Positions 29,316-39,176 of a DNA stretch of 64,000 nt are shown one piece after another. This DNA is from a virus. The notes beneath the pieces are model-generated. The model made no database searches and was not told where the DNA came from. It worked only from the letters and a program-made list of their open reading frames with translations. The stretch is taken from IMG/VR virus record IMGVR_UViG_3300027754_003435, one strand, 5' to 3'. The position numbers were made by a program, and so were the translations under genes. Each line of letters starts with the position of its first letter. Position 1 is the stretch's first letter.

Positions 29316-29636
29316 TTACCTAATCACTTGATTACGAACTAATGCGTATACAGTACCACTATCTACCGTAACACTACTCAATGATAGTTCATGAGCAGTT
29401 TGTGTTGTTGCTAGTGTAGCAAGTGCTACTGTTCCACCACCAGATAGAGATGCAGTTCCCGTAGTACTAGTTGCTACAATAACCCCACCAACGCCAAAAT
29501 TAGAGCCAGTAAATGCAGTTGAACCAGTTGTACAAGTAATTGATTTAAACCATTTTCCTGGATTACCAAATCTTTCAAAATCAGATGCTTGTGAAGCAGG
29601 AAAATTATAAGGATGTATTTCGTTTATGCCTGGCAT
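29316..29636 (-). CDS. Hypothetical small beta-rich protein
   Basis: 106-aa Thr/Ser/Gly-rich ORF with GGAG SD. Confidence 0.6.
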   Translation of the reverse strand: MPGINEIHPYNFPASQASDFERFGNPGKWFKSITCTTGSTAFTGSNFGVGGVIVATSTTGTASLSGGGTVALATLATTQTAHELSLSSVTVDSGTVYALVRNQVIR

Positions 29637-30478
29637 TATTTACTCCATGATAAATCGTCTATTAAACTGTAATAACGAAGAAGTGCAGATATATGGTTTT
29701 CTTCTACTTTCTTAATTGTTTTGTATTCATCTAAAAGGTTTATCACTTCTGTTAATTTTATCTTTAGTGATTTATCTTTTACTTTATTTATGTTTTTAGC
29801 AAATATTTTCTTTATACAAATAGCTTCAGTTTGTAGTAAAGACTTTAAATTGTTTGTATTACTAACATTTCCCATATATTCCCGCAAAAGAACTTTTTGT
29901 GATTCACTCAAATCACCATATTTTTTGTTGAATTTCTCAACCAAATATGAGTAAGCAAGTAAGCGAATTTCTTTTGGTTCATTGACAATAGACAGATCGT
30001 CAGATATAAGTTTTTCTTTATTGTTTGATGTTATGTTTTCAAGTATTGTTATGCGATATTTAGTAAATTCAATTGGGTTATCAAATTCATTATTTTCAAA
30101 TACCTGATAGATTGAAGCAAGTAATTTATAGTTTTGAACTTTTGTTTGAAAAAATGCATCAATATCAAAATTCTCTTTAATAGTTTTAATCAATTGATAT
30201 TTTTCTTCACTCAATTTCTTTTTATTTAACCCACGTCTTGCTCTTAAAGCAGCATCTATAAGCATACCTGCCTTATTTTCTGATTTTAATCTTTCATCGC
30301 AAAGTGTTTTATATAACTTATATTCTTTTATAAGTTCAGTATGTCTGTTGAAATACTTCTTCAAAATCTGTATCGCTATTGATTCATTTGAAGAAATAAT
30401 ATCGGATGTTATTTGACGAGTTAATAGTTCAAATAACATCGCGGTATTTTTAAACTTTGAATGTTTTATTTTTTTCAT
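29636..30478 (-). CDS. Hypothetical head-cluster protein (MKKIKHSKFKNTAMLFELL)
   Basis: 280-aa ORF after portal; preceded by the ATATTTAT motif. Confidence 0.7.
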   Translation of the reverse strand: MKKIKHSKFKNTAMLFELLTRQITSDIISSNESIAIQILKKYFNRHTELIKEYKLYKTLCDERLKSENKAGMLIDAALRARRGLNKKKLSEEKYQLIKTIKENFDIDAFFQTKVQNYKLLASIYQVFENNEFDNPIEFTKYRITILENITSNNKEKLISDDLSIVNEPKEIRLLAYSYLVEKFNKKYGDLSESQKVLLREYMGNVSNTNNLKSLLQTEAICIKKIFAKNINKVKDKSLKIKLTEVINLLDEYKTIKKVEENHISALLRYYSLIDDLSWSK

Positions 30479-30529
30479 TTTTACTTATACCTAATAAATG
30501 TACACTTCATATAATAAATATAACAAAAA

Positions 30530-32395
30530 TCATAATTCATCTAATAAATTATTTTCATTCAACATATCTGGCTCAATTTCCTCTTTAACAGTTGGTTTAA
30601 GACTTTCCGAAATGATTTTTTTAGTCTTTATTTTTATTCCAGACATACTATTAATTAAATTTCCAAGGTCTTTATTTTCTAAAGAAAGTGGAGAACCAGA
30701 TTTATTCTCTGGTCTTATAGTTTTTGTTCTTGATAATGTTCTACCTAAATCTTTACTACCGATTGGATCTCTTCCCATTGGATGATTATCCGTTGCATAA
30801 TTTAGATTTTTAGCAGGTCTACCAGCACCTGGCCATCCACCATCTGGAACTTCTACGTCATTTATTAATTTTCCACCACCTTTAATTTGCATACTAGCAA
30901 TATCGTGTGGTGTACCAAACGATTCTTTCGTTATAGCTGGATCATTTCCTTCACTTTCAATTTGTTTCTGACGGAAAGCATGTTTAATATCTTCGAGAAC
31001 TTCATTTTTTTCAAATTCTGCCTCATCTTCCGAAAGATTGAATATGTTTGCATAAATATATTTCATTGAGAATAACTTCTTTTCAATTAAAGAACCGGCT
31101 AAATCAACACGTTCTTTCATTAAAGCAACTTTTTCTTGTTCGTATATAATAGAAGGACCAGTTAAATTTAATTCAAAGTTTACCAAATCTGCATTCTCAT
31201 AACCTTGTGCATACAAATGGACAATCGCAATCTTGGTTAATTCAGAAACAACAATTCTTTGTATTCTTTCAATTGTTCTTGCAAAACGAATATCTAATGC
31301 GGCAAGTGTTGCTTTACCTTCCGCTTTTTCATCATATCCCAAAAACGGCTTTGGTACTTTAAGAGCAGCAAATAGTTTACTTTTAAGGTATTCCACATCC
31401 TCAATTGCTTGATATTGTAAACCAGCAAGAGTTTCAATAGAAGTACCAGATTGTCCACCACGAACTGGTAAGTAAAAATCTTCTAATAAGTTTTGCATAT
31501 TGAAACGTAAATTATAATCACCAGTTTGCTCATTCATAACCGGAGTTTTCTTCATACGATTCATAATGTTTTGCATATATTGATCAACTTCAGCGGGTGG
31601 AATATTACCAATATCAACTTTGAATATACGTTTCTCAGGAGCTCTCATAATTCTATGAATTAACATAGCGTCTTCCATAAGAACTAATTGTTTATACAAT
31701 TTTCTTCCACCTTCAATCATTGATTTACCATACGGAAGATAATTTGTATCACCGAGTAAACGAAAATGAGCTATTTCATAATTTTGAAATTCACCCTTTC
31801 CAAGTGGACCCTCATATATAAACTTAGTCATGTAAATATGTTCTGGATCTGTTCCTTCTTCACGTTGCATTTCATATGGAGAAAAAGGAACAACGTTAGT
31901 TACACCCAATTCATCTTTTACGTCCAAATACAAATAAAAATCCCCATACTTAACTAAATTACGAACCCATGGCCATAAGTTATATTCTATATTCAAAACA
32001 TCATAAAAAAGATTTTTAAGTATTTTACGAATATTATCATTGTCAGTTTTTATAGTTAAAACATCACCTTGATCATTTTTTAGTGTACTCTCATCTGCGT
32101 AAATATCCAATGCAGAAGAAATTATTGCGTCGGTATCCATTGCTTCATAATCTGTATATAAGTCTATCTTAGTTGCTGAAAATGAGTTGTATTGATTGTA
32201 AACAGAAATAGGTGTACCACGAGTACCATGTAGTCTACCGTAACGATCGATAACTTTTGAAGTATGAGGATTGCCATCCGCTTGATAACGAGCAGTATCC
32301 ACTACTTTCAATTGTTTTCCACCAACATTGCGAACAACAACATTTGTAGAAAATAAAGTTTTAAGTCTATCAAATAATGATTTCTTTTCAGCCAT
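30530..32395 (-). CDS. gp20: Portal protein (T4 gp20-like)
   Basis: YEAMDTDAIISSALDIYADE...LMEDAMLIHRIMRAPEKRIFKVDIGNIPP..VDQYM...NMQNLLEDFYLPVRGG..GT.IETL...YL.SKLF.ALKVP. Confidence 0.96.
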   Translation of the reverse strand: MAEKKSLFDRLKTLFSTNVVVRNVGGKQLKVVDTARYQADGNPHTSKVIDRYGRLHGTRGTPISVYNQYNSFSATKIDLYTDYEAMDTDAIISSALDIYADESTLKNDQGDVLTIKTDNDNIRKILKNLFYDVLNIEYNLWPWVRNLVKYGDFYLYLDVKDELGVTNVVPFSPYEMQREEGTDPEHIYMTKFIYEGPLGKGEFQNYEIAHFRLLGDTNYLPYGKSMIEGGRKLYKQLVLMEDAMLIHRIMRAPEKRIFKVDIGNIPPAEVDQYMQNIMNRMKKTPVMNEQTGDYNLRFNMQNLLEDFYLPVRGGQSGTSIETLAGLQYQAIEDVEYLKSKLFAALKVPKPFLGYDEKAEGKATLAALDIRFARTIERIQRIVVSELTKIAIVHLYAQGYENADLVNFELNLTGPSIIYEQEKVALMKERVDLAGSLIEKKLFSMKYIYANIFNLSEDEAEFEKNEVLEDIKHAFRQKQIESEGNDPAITKESFGTPHDIASMQIKGGGKLINDVEVPDGGWPGAGRPAKNLNYATDNHPMGRDPIGSKDLGRTLSRTKTIRPENKSGSPLSLENKDLGNLINSMSGIKIKTKKIISESLKPTVKEEIEPDMLNENNLLDEL

Positions 32396-32456
32396 TTAGC
32401 ACCTATTGTATTTATGTTTCTTATTTATATAAATATGTATTAAAAATAGTTAAACC

Positions 32457-34052
32457 TTATTTTATCAACCAAGTTAAATCTTCATCGTTTCCATTTACTT
32501 CCATTGACCAACCATTATCGTTTCCGTTTCCAAAACCATACATTGGCTTGTGTATAGAATTCGCTTTACCAACATAATCCAAACTCATACGAGTTTGTGC
32601 CATACCTTCTTTTCTTAATTTCATAGCGGTGTCTCGTACCCATAATCCTATTGCAAAAGACATTACTAAATCGTCATTATAACCACGCTGTGCTTCTGCT
32701 TTTGCACCATTCCAAATGAATACATATAATTCTTCAATTAACCTTCTTGAATGAACTATTGGACCCCTTTCTCTGAAGTATGTTTCTAATTTAGAAATTA
32801 GAAGTGGACGAGTTTTCGATGACGTTGTAAAACCAGGAACCATATTTTGCTTTAATTTTAAGTCATAGCCTTTTGGTAATTGTACCGATGGGTCTACATA
32901 ACCATCTTCACGGTACGTATAATATAGGTTTCCATAATTTCTGTCAATTATTTGTTGAATTGCTGCCCAACCAACATTCGCATTTTCAACAACAAGTAAT
33001 GCGTCATTATACTCAGTTGCTATTGAAACTAATGTATTACCATAAGATTTCGTGTCCAACTTGCCTTTATACTCAGCAACTTGTTCTAAACTTTCAACAT
33101 CAATTACATGGAATGCGGAGTAATCGTTTCCGTCACCACGTGCAACGTCAGCAACTACAATATAATCTCTCGTTGGGTCTGGATATTTCCAAATCCATAA
33201 TGCTTCTTCACCACCACGTTTTTCGAGTGGATCCATTGTATGTGTTTGCTCATACCATTGTACCAATTCCCCATCAACAACTGCACGTCCAGAAGCTAAG
33301 AAGTTCCCATCACATTCTTGTTTAGCCATGTTTGGACCAAGTAGTATATCTTGTTCATCTCGCCATTCTTGATCACGTTCGGGATGGAGTTGCCACAATA
33401 ATTCTATTGGATTAAATCCACCCTGACCTAATTTTGCGTCTACCCATTTTTTATGATAAAAATTACCAACACCGTTTGGAGTAGAATTTATAATTGCAGA
33501 TCCACCTGTTGAAAGAGTTTGTTGTGCGGAAGCCCATATTGGTTCAATCTCTTCAATAAACGCTGCTTCATCTATCACCAAAAGTGACAACGCTTCAGAA
33601 CGTCCAGAGTCCGATGCAGCCGACGCGGCTTTAATCTGTGAACCATTATTAAAACGGAGTGATAATTTATTATCTTCTTGAACTCCTGTCTTTAACCAAC
33701 TTGGTAAATTATCATACATAACTCTAACTTTAGTTACCAAGTTTTTAGCTGTATCTTGTTTTGTAGCAATAACAAGAATATTTTTGTCATTATTAAATAA
33801 CATCATCCAAAGCGAATATCCAGCGATTAACGTAGAAATGCCTAACTGCCTTGACTTGAGTACAATGTTGTAACGGTGTTCATTGAATTCATGTAATACA
33901 TCTTCTTGGAATGGGTATAATTCAAATAACATTTTGCCACGAGTTGGATGTTGAATCTTTGCATATCGTTTCATAAAGTACGCAGGATTTTTAGCACATT
34001 TTGCATACTCGTCTTTTACAATTTCTTTAAGATTCTTTGGAATACCACTCAT
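32457..34052 (-). CDS. gp17: Terminase large subunit (T4 gp17-like)
   Basis: FELYPFQ...KSRQLGIST, LVIDEAAF, STPNG.GNFY, and the nuclease motifs VADVARGDG.DYSA, VENANVG and DDLVMS. Confidence 0.96.
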   Translation of the reverse strand: MSGIPKNLKEIVKDEYAKCAKNPAYFMKRYAKIQHPTRGKMLFELYPFQEDVLHEFNEHRYNIVLKSRQLGISTLIAGYSLWMMLFNNDKNILVIATKQDTAKNLVTKVRVMYDNLPSWLKTGVQEDNKLSLRFNNGSQIKAASAASDSGRSEALSLLVIDEAAFIEEIEPIWASAQQTLSTGGSAIINSTPNGVGNFYHKKWVDAKLGQGGFNPIELLWQLHPERDQEWRDEQDILLGPNMAKQECDGNFLASGRAVVDGELVQWYEQTHTMDPLEKRGGEEALWIWKYPDPTRDYIVVADVARGDGNDYSAFHVIDVESLEQVAEYKGKLDTKSYGNTLVSIATEYNDALLVVENANVGWAAIQQIIDRNYGNLYYTYREDGYVDPSVQLPKGYDLKLKQNMVPGFTTSSKTRPLLISKLETYFRERGPIVHSRRLIEELYVFIWNGAKAEAQRGYNDDLVMSFAIGLWVRDTAMKLRKEGMAQTRMSLDYVGKANSIHKPMYGFGNGNDNGWSMEVNGNDEDLTWLIK

Positions 34053-34438
34053 TTAGTAACCAATATTATTGAAATCACAGTTGCGGCTCCACTCATAAAC
34101 CACAATAATTTATTATCGTACCAACGTGGTTGTAATTCATCCACAGTTCTTTGTAGTGCATCGGATTGAATTCTACAAGCATCAAACGCTTTTTGGCGAT
34201 TCGATAACATTAAATTATACCAATTAACTCTTGTTTTATGTAAATCAATCAAAGTGTCTTGTTCACTTACTATCAATTTCAAATAATCAATTGAATCCTT
34301 TAATGTCTGTATTTTATTAGCAAGAATTGTAATTTCTATTTTGTTGAAGCAAACAACAGAATCTATTTTTTTAATAGTTTCTTTTTCCTTAGAAAACATA
34401 ATTGTAGTTGCAAATAAAAAAACTAATATATATTTCAT
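34049..34438 (-). CDS. Membrane protein (signal/TM, coiled coil, C-terminal TM); possible spanin component
   Basis: MKYILVFLFATTIMFS N-terminus; LLWFMSGAATVISIILVTK C-terminus; coiled-coil middle. Confidence 0.45.
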   Translation of the reverse strand: MKYILVFLFATTIMFSKEKETIKKIDSVVCFNKIEITILANKIQTLKDSIDYLKLIVSEQDTLIDLHKTRVNWYNLMLSNRQKAFDACRIQSDALQRTVDELQPRWYDNKLLWFMSGAATVISIILVTK

Positions 34439-34441
34439 AAC

Positions 34442-34774
34442 TTACTCTTTTATAAAATTCTGAATGTACTTTGTTGCTGAATCTGGATTATTGATTTTCG
34501 GTGTTTTAAATATATAAAAGTTTTTCTTAATATATTTTACCTTCTCGGTTTGCGACTTTATAATCGAATCTAATCTATCAGAGTGTTCTTTTAGAATTAT
34601 GTACTCCGCTTGATACATTTGAATTACACCTTCCAAACTATCTTTTGTTTTTGTGTATTGTTTAATTTCTTCTGCTGAATTCTGTGTGTCCTTAAACATA
34701 TAGAATACAAATAACAAACCAACTAAAGTTGCAACTCCCTTTAGAATCCATTCTAATCTTTTATCTGCTTCCAT
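34442..34774 (-). CDS. N-terminal TM plus coiled-coil protein; possible i-spanin
   Basis: WILKGVATLVGLLFVFYMF followed by a heptad-rich region; paired with the downstream membrane gene. Confidence 0.45.
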   Translation of the reverse strand: MEADKRLEWILKGVATLVGLLFVFYMFKDTQNSAEEIKQYTKTKDSLEGVIQMYQAEYIILKEHSDRLDSIIKSQTEKVKYIKKNFYIFKTPKINNPDSATKYIQNFIKE

Positions 34775-34776
34775 AA

Positions 34777-35121
34777 CTAACCTTCTGTATAAGTTGAAAC
34801 CATTTTTGCCTTTCCACGTTCAGTTGAACCATATTTTCTTTTACGTGTTACTGCACTTTTCTTTTGTTTTGAAGTCATTGATGTTGCTTTACTTGCAGGT
34901 ACACATTTTGGATATGCTCGCTTTCCACCTTTTCTTGACTTACTTCCAGCGGAATCACCACATGGTGGATGCCCACCTTTTTTGCTTTTACGTGAAATAT
35001 CAATCCATTTTTCTTTAAACCATTTGGAAAGGCCACCTTTTGGCTTCTTACCTTCCATTAAATAGTTTACCACATACTCACGTATTATTTTCTTTGTTAT
35101 ATTTTTTTGATTTTCATTCAT
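34777..35121 (-). CDS. Small highly basic protein (GLSKWFKEKW...PCG...YPKCVP)
   Basis: 114 aa, Lys/Arg-rich, with a conserved-looking W/C pattern. Confidence 0.7.
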   Translation of the reverse strand: MNENQKNITKKIIREYVVNYLMEGKKPKGGLSKWFKEKWIDISRKSKKGGHPPCGDSAGSKSRKGGKRAYPKCVPASKATSMTSKQKKSAVTRKRKYGSTERGKAKMVSTYTEG

Positions 35122-35139
35122 GTATATAAATATAAAGTT

Positions 35140-35679
35140 TTATATTATCCCAACCCAATCGCTAGTTAAATTCGTAGGAGGCGTTCCTGTAACAATCCCA
35201 CTATAAGTTCCTTTAATTGTGGTTTGATGTTTTATCATTGCTGTAGTTAGAATACCTAAAAATCTATCAGTTATTCCCTGAATAAACGCAAATCGTAAAT
35301 CGTTTGTAAGTGAACCAATGTCACCTGGATAAGTTACTTTAGTTCCTTTTACTGGAATTGACATCGGTGCTAGTGCAGGTAATGGCGTAAATACGGCAGA
35401 TGCCCAATATCCACATATACCTATTGCAAATAATTTATAAGTAATTTCTCCTGCAAATCCTCTACCATCAGACATATTTGCTGCAAACGCTTTATTAATA
35501 GAATCTTCTAAAAAACTTTTATTTGCAGAAACTAATTTTGAACCAAATATCGTACCACTCATACCAACATTAGACAAATTATATGCAGTTGCAAATAACT
35601 CAGCAAATTGAGTAGTATCTTTGGGCAATGTACCTTCTATTGCTGGTTTTAATAGATTTTTAAATAATTCTTTATTCAT
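35140..35679 (-). CDS. Hypothetical protein
   Basis: 179-aa ORF in operon. Confidence 0.65.
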   Translation of the reverse strand: MNKELFKNLLKPAIEGTLPKDTTQFAELFATAYNLSNVGMSGTIFGSKLVSANKSFLEDSINKAFAANMSDGRGFAGEITYKLFAIGICGYWASAVFTPLPALAPMSIPVKGTKVTYPGDIGSLTNDLRFAFIQGITDRFLGILTTAMIKHQTTIKGTYSGIVTGTPPTNLTSDWVGII

Positions 35680-35682
35680 AAC

Positions 35683-36258
35683 TTATGTTTTATCTATTGC
35701 ACCTTTGCCAGATGATGGCCACCCAAAACGGCATGACCAATATCTCGCTTTATCTCTTGGGCCAGGTGATTGACAATTGTGCCTTGAACGAAACGCTTTT
35801 CTACGAGTAGGGTTACTTTTCTTTATACGCATTGTTTTTTCACCGCCTTTTCCTTTATGTCCAAAGTTTACTTTTACTATATTTCCGTTTGGTTTTCTTA
35901 CATAAACAGAAAATTTCTTTGGTCCACCTGGTGTTCTGAATGGTTTACCAAGTGAAACTTTTCTTCCACGGTATTTTGCTTCTGTTAAATTTTCTTTTGT
36001 ACCTTCACCGAGTTTGAAATGTAATTCAACAATTGAATCACTACAATCAGTTGCAAATCCTTCTAATGTATATTGCGGATTTTGAATAGTTTCCTTAACA
36101 GTTCTATATCCTCCGCCTGCTTTTTTGTATGCTTTTACTAATGCAGCGGAAGCATACGCACTTGGCCATACCTTAAATCTTTTTTTAACACGAGATTTTA
36201 TACTAGAGTATAATTTCTTGTTAGTTGGTACTGCTCGCTCTACTATTAACTGTTTCAT
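35683..36258 (-). CDS. Two-domain basic protein (WPSAYASAALVKAYKK.GGGY; VNFG...RRKAFRSRH.C...ARYWSC); likely start 36258
   Basis: GGAG lies 6 nt before ATG AAA CAG at 36258; a start there reduces the overlap with the upstream gene. Confidence 0.7.
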   Translation of the reverse strand: MKQLIVERAVPTNKKLYSSIKSRVKKRFKVWPSAYASAALVKAYKKAGGGYRTVKETIQNPQYTLEGFATDCSDSIVELHFKLGEGTKENLTEAKYRGRKVSLGKPFRTPGGPKKFSVYVRKPNGNIVKVNFGHKGKGGEKTMRIKKSNPTRRKAFRSRHNCQSPGPRDKARYWSCRFGWPSSGKGAIDKT

Positions 36259-36862
36259 TCTGTTCTCCATTTTCCAACTTTGCAATAAAGTTTTTTCTAA
36301 ACTCTTCAAATTCCTTTTCTATTTTTTCTAATAATTCATCTTTACTTATTGGAACATTCCATTTTTCAGAATCACCGAAAGAATTAGCAAAATCTACTTT
36401 AGACAATTCCTCTGCTACTACATTTTTATCTCTCTCTGCTTCAACTAACCACGCTAATGCGTTTTCTTTTACTTTTCTGTTTTCATATTCATCCCACTTA
36501 CCTTCTAAACGAATTTTATGTTCCATATCAATTGCACAATCAAAACACATTCCATGAATAGTTCTCATTTTTTCATCCAATCGCTTTGGCATTGAACAAG
36601 TACAAGTTTCTTTTGGACAATTTTTGAATGTAGTTAAATACTGATGTAATTCTTGTTGCCATTGTTTTCCAAGTTTTACTTTGTATCCATTCTTTTGTTC
36701 CCATTCATTTCCATCAGAATCAAACCATTTATCACCAACTTTTCTTGTTTCTGTATCTTCTAATTTTTCACCTACATAACCGATTTGAACTTTATTCTGA
36801 CTATCGTGTTCACCTGCAAGAAGTTTTTTAACATCTTGTATATTCTCAATTTTTATTTCCAT
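36221..36862 (-). CDS. Hypothetical Cys-containing protein (CP..C...MC.DC)
   Basis: 213-aa ORF with a possible Zn-binding motif. Confidence 0.65.
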   Translation of the reverse strand: MEIKIENIQDVKKLLAGEHDSQNKVQIGYVGEKLEDTETRKVGDKWFDSDGNEWEQKNGYKVKLGKQWQQELHQYLTTFKNCPKETCTCSMPKRLDEKMRTIHGMCFDCAIDMEHKIRLEGKWDEYENRKVKENALAWLVEAERDKNVVAEELSKVDFANSFGDSEKWNVPISKDELLEKIEKEFEEFRKNFIAKLENGEQNETVNSRASSTN

Positions 36863-36884
36863 AACATAACCTTTTATTACTTTA

Positions 36885-39176
36885 TTAACTTTTATCTATG
36901 ATTTGATAAACTGTTTTTATAAATCTTTTCTTAACTGGATCATTTGGGCTATTACCCATTTCCTTGAAAAACGCATTGTAATATTTTTTTAGTGCGTCTG
37001 ATGCATCAGGTGGTATTTCATTGTATTGTAACATTTTCAATATTGATTTATCAGTTTCCATTGGAAAATTCGATCTCATTTGTTCTACAAATTCTTCTGC
37101 ATGAGCACCAATTTCCATAGTATCAGACAAATATGTTTTCCAAAAATTTGGATCATCTTGCGATAAACGATTATATGTGGTCGGCTTAATTGTAAAAGAA
37201 TTTAAAAATTCCTTTACTCTTTGTACATAATGTATCAACTCATGTGCAATAGCAGGTAAAAATACTTTCTTAACAAATTCTGATATTATACTATCAACGG
37301 AAGTTTCAATTGAACCACGCTTTGCAAGTTGTATCTTTACAAAGAATGGAACAAATTCAAGTGTGAAATATATTGCAAATTCCATATTATCCAAAGGGTT
37401 AGCACCAGAAGTCCCCATCGAAGCACCGCCAGAGAACTCATCACTATTTGTAGAAAATTGTGTCAACTCAGAATTAAATTTTGTATAATTTATTTTATTG
37501 TTTAATTCATATTCTGAATCAAAATCGGTATCAAGTAAATGTTCTATTTCCAAAGAGAATCCTGCATTTTCTTTATCTTTACCATTTTTAAGACAATACT
37601 GTAAAACTTTTGTTATTTCAGGAAATTTGGCATCAAGCGAACCTCCAAGTTCAATATTAACAGATTGTAATTTAATACTATTAGAAATTTTTTCACCATA
37701 TTTTTTAATATAGTCTTCGTTTCTAATCCAACGGTTTACAATTGATGTAATATATTGTTGATTTTCAAGTCCAGATTCGGTTTTAGAAACTATAATACTC
37801 TTAAATCCATTAAAACTAGAATCTAATCGTATTAAATCAGCAATTTCCGTAAAAAGTTCTATGGCAACTGGTTCTATTTCTTTCAATAAACCAGTCGGTA
37901 ATGTTGCTACTTCATTTATTTGTTCTACTTCTTCTGTTATAACAGATTCAAATACTTTATCATATTTAATATCTTCAATAGTTATAGAATCATCATTAAA
38001 TAATATATAATCATTCCAATTATTACTTATCCTATTTTTTAAACCATCAACGCCATTATTAAATAAAAATAAAGAAGCGTATTTATCACCACCTAAAATT
38101 CTTGATAAAGTTTTGTAAAATAACCAACCACTATAAGCAAACTTAACAACTTCATCAGAATTTTTACCATACCCCTTAATTGATTCTACAATTTTATTAA
38201 CTATATCTTCTTCAACTGGATTCTGTGTGTCTATTAAAACATATTCTTTTTTATCTTTAAAAAGTTTTACTTTATATAAGTAATCACCGTACTGATTGTG
38301 TGGTATATTATCAGAAAAATAAAGCCCATATCCATATCTTTGTCTATTACTATCAACACTAACATTTGATATATCAAACTTATGAAGATTTTTTGAACTT
38401 CTGTGATAAGCTATTATTTCTTCTGTTATAACAGATTCATATACTTTATCCCAAAACTTTTTTGTTATCATGTGAAGTGGTCTTAACTCGCCTTTCTTTT
38501 TCTTTTTTACTTCAATCATTTCACCGCGTTTTACATTCATTCTTGCAACAACTGTATTAAAAATCTGAGCATCAAACCAACCAAAAATAGAAATAAAACG
38601 AGATTTTAATTCTGTTAGTTTAGCAGTTCTATCACCCAATGCTTTTTGAATATTTTCTTGATTCATTTGTCCAAAGCTGGGTATATTATAAACAACATGA
38701 TTTGTAATTACATAATATAAATAAGGATTTTGAATATCTTTATAAGGTAAATTAGAAGCCTTATTATACTTAGTTAACCGCTTGAATTCATTTAATTTAC
38801 CGATATTATCTTTTCCAACTGCGTATATAACTACCGTATGTGTTGAATCGAAGTCTTCTAATAATTCAAGTGGATTATAAGGATTTGTTGTTTTAATAAC
38901 ATTCTTTACATTATGACGTTTCATTATAGCGTTTTTTTCTGCAAACGTAAGTGGTTTTCTAATAGCGTCTTGCATATCATCGGTAACAATATACACACTA
39001 TCTGAACCAAATCTACGGCATAATCTATCATATTCTTCTTTATGGTGCAAAGCCATTGGATTAAAAGTACCTGGATATAAAACAATAATCTGTTTATCTA
39101 CCAAATCATTTTCATTGAAGATAGCAAGATTCATTTCTTTTATTAATTGTAATACTTTATTTTTCACTTTATGCAT
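36885..39176 (-). CDS. Polyvalent multidomain protein: cytidylyltransferase-like, ART-like, HExxH metallopeptidase
   Basis: IIVLYPGTFNPMALHH (HxGH-type Rossmann start, degenerate); IAYHRS...F...YGYGLYFS (H-Y type ART-like); IAHELIHYVQ...EIGAHA (zincin). Confidence 0.65.
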   Translation of the reverse strand: MHKVKNKVLQLIKEMNLAIFNENDLVDKQIIVLYPGTFNPMALHHKEEYDRLCRRFGSDSVYIVTDDMQDAIRKPLTFAEKNAIMKRHNVKNVIKTTNPYNPLELLEDFDSTHTVVIYAVGKDNIGKLNEFKRLTKYNKASNLPYKDIQNPYLYYVITNHVVYNIPSFGQMNQENIQKALGDRTAKLTELKSRFISIFGWFDAQIFNTVVARMNVKRGEMIEVKKKKKGELRPLHMITKKFWDKVYESVITEEIIAYHRSSKNLHKFDISNVSVDSNRQRYGYGLYFSDNIPHNQYGDYLYKVKLFKDKKEYVLIDTQNPVEEDIVNKIVESIKGYGKNSDEVVKFAYSGWLFYKTLSRILGGDKYASLFLFNNGVDGLKNRISNNWNDYILFNDDSITIEDIKYDKVFESVITEEVEQINEVATLPTGLLKEIEPVAIELFTEIADLIRLDSSFNGFKSIIVSKTESGLENQQYITSIVNRWIRNEDYIKKYGEKISNSIKLQSVNIELGGSLDAKFPEITKVLQYCLKNGKDKENAGFSLEIEHLLDTDFDSEYELNNKINYTKFNSELTQFSTNSDEFSGGASMGTSGANPLDNMEFAIYFTLEFVPFFVKIQLAKRGSIETSVDSIISEFVKKVFLPAIAHELIHYVQRVKEFLNSFTIKPTTYNRLSQDDPNFWKTYLSDTMEIGAHAEEFVEQMRSNFPMETDKSILKMLQYNEIPPDASDALKKYYNAFFKEMGNSPNDPVKKRFIKTVYQIIDKS
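37929..38450. repeat. 33-bp direct repeat (1 mismatch), copies 489 bp apart
   Basis: ttcttctgttataacagattca[a/t]atactttatc at 37929-37961 and 38418-38450; encodes DKV[Y/F]ESVITEE in both copies. Confidence 0.95.

Noticed and set aside
23325-34052. Introns or inteins in capsid, portal or terminase
   Set aside because: The ORFs are continuous, of normal size, and show no intein (C...HN) or homing-endonuclease motifs.
36221-36862. Cys-containing ORF as terminase small subunit
   Set aside because: It is near the terminase, but I recognise no gp16-like motif; left as hypothetical.
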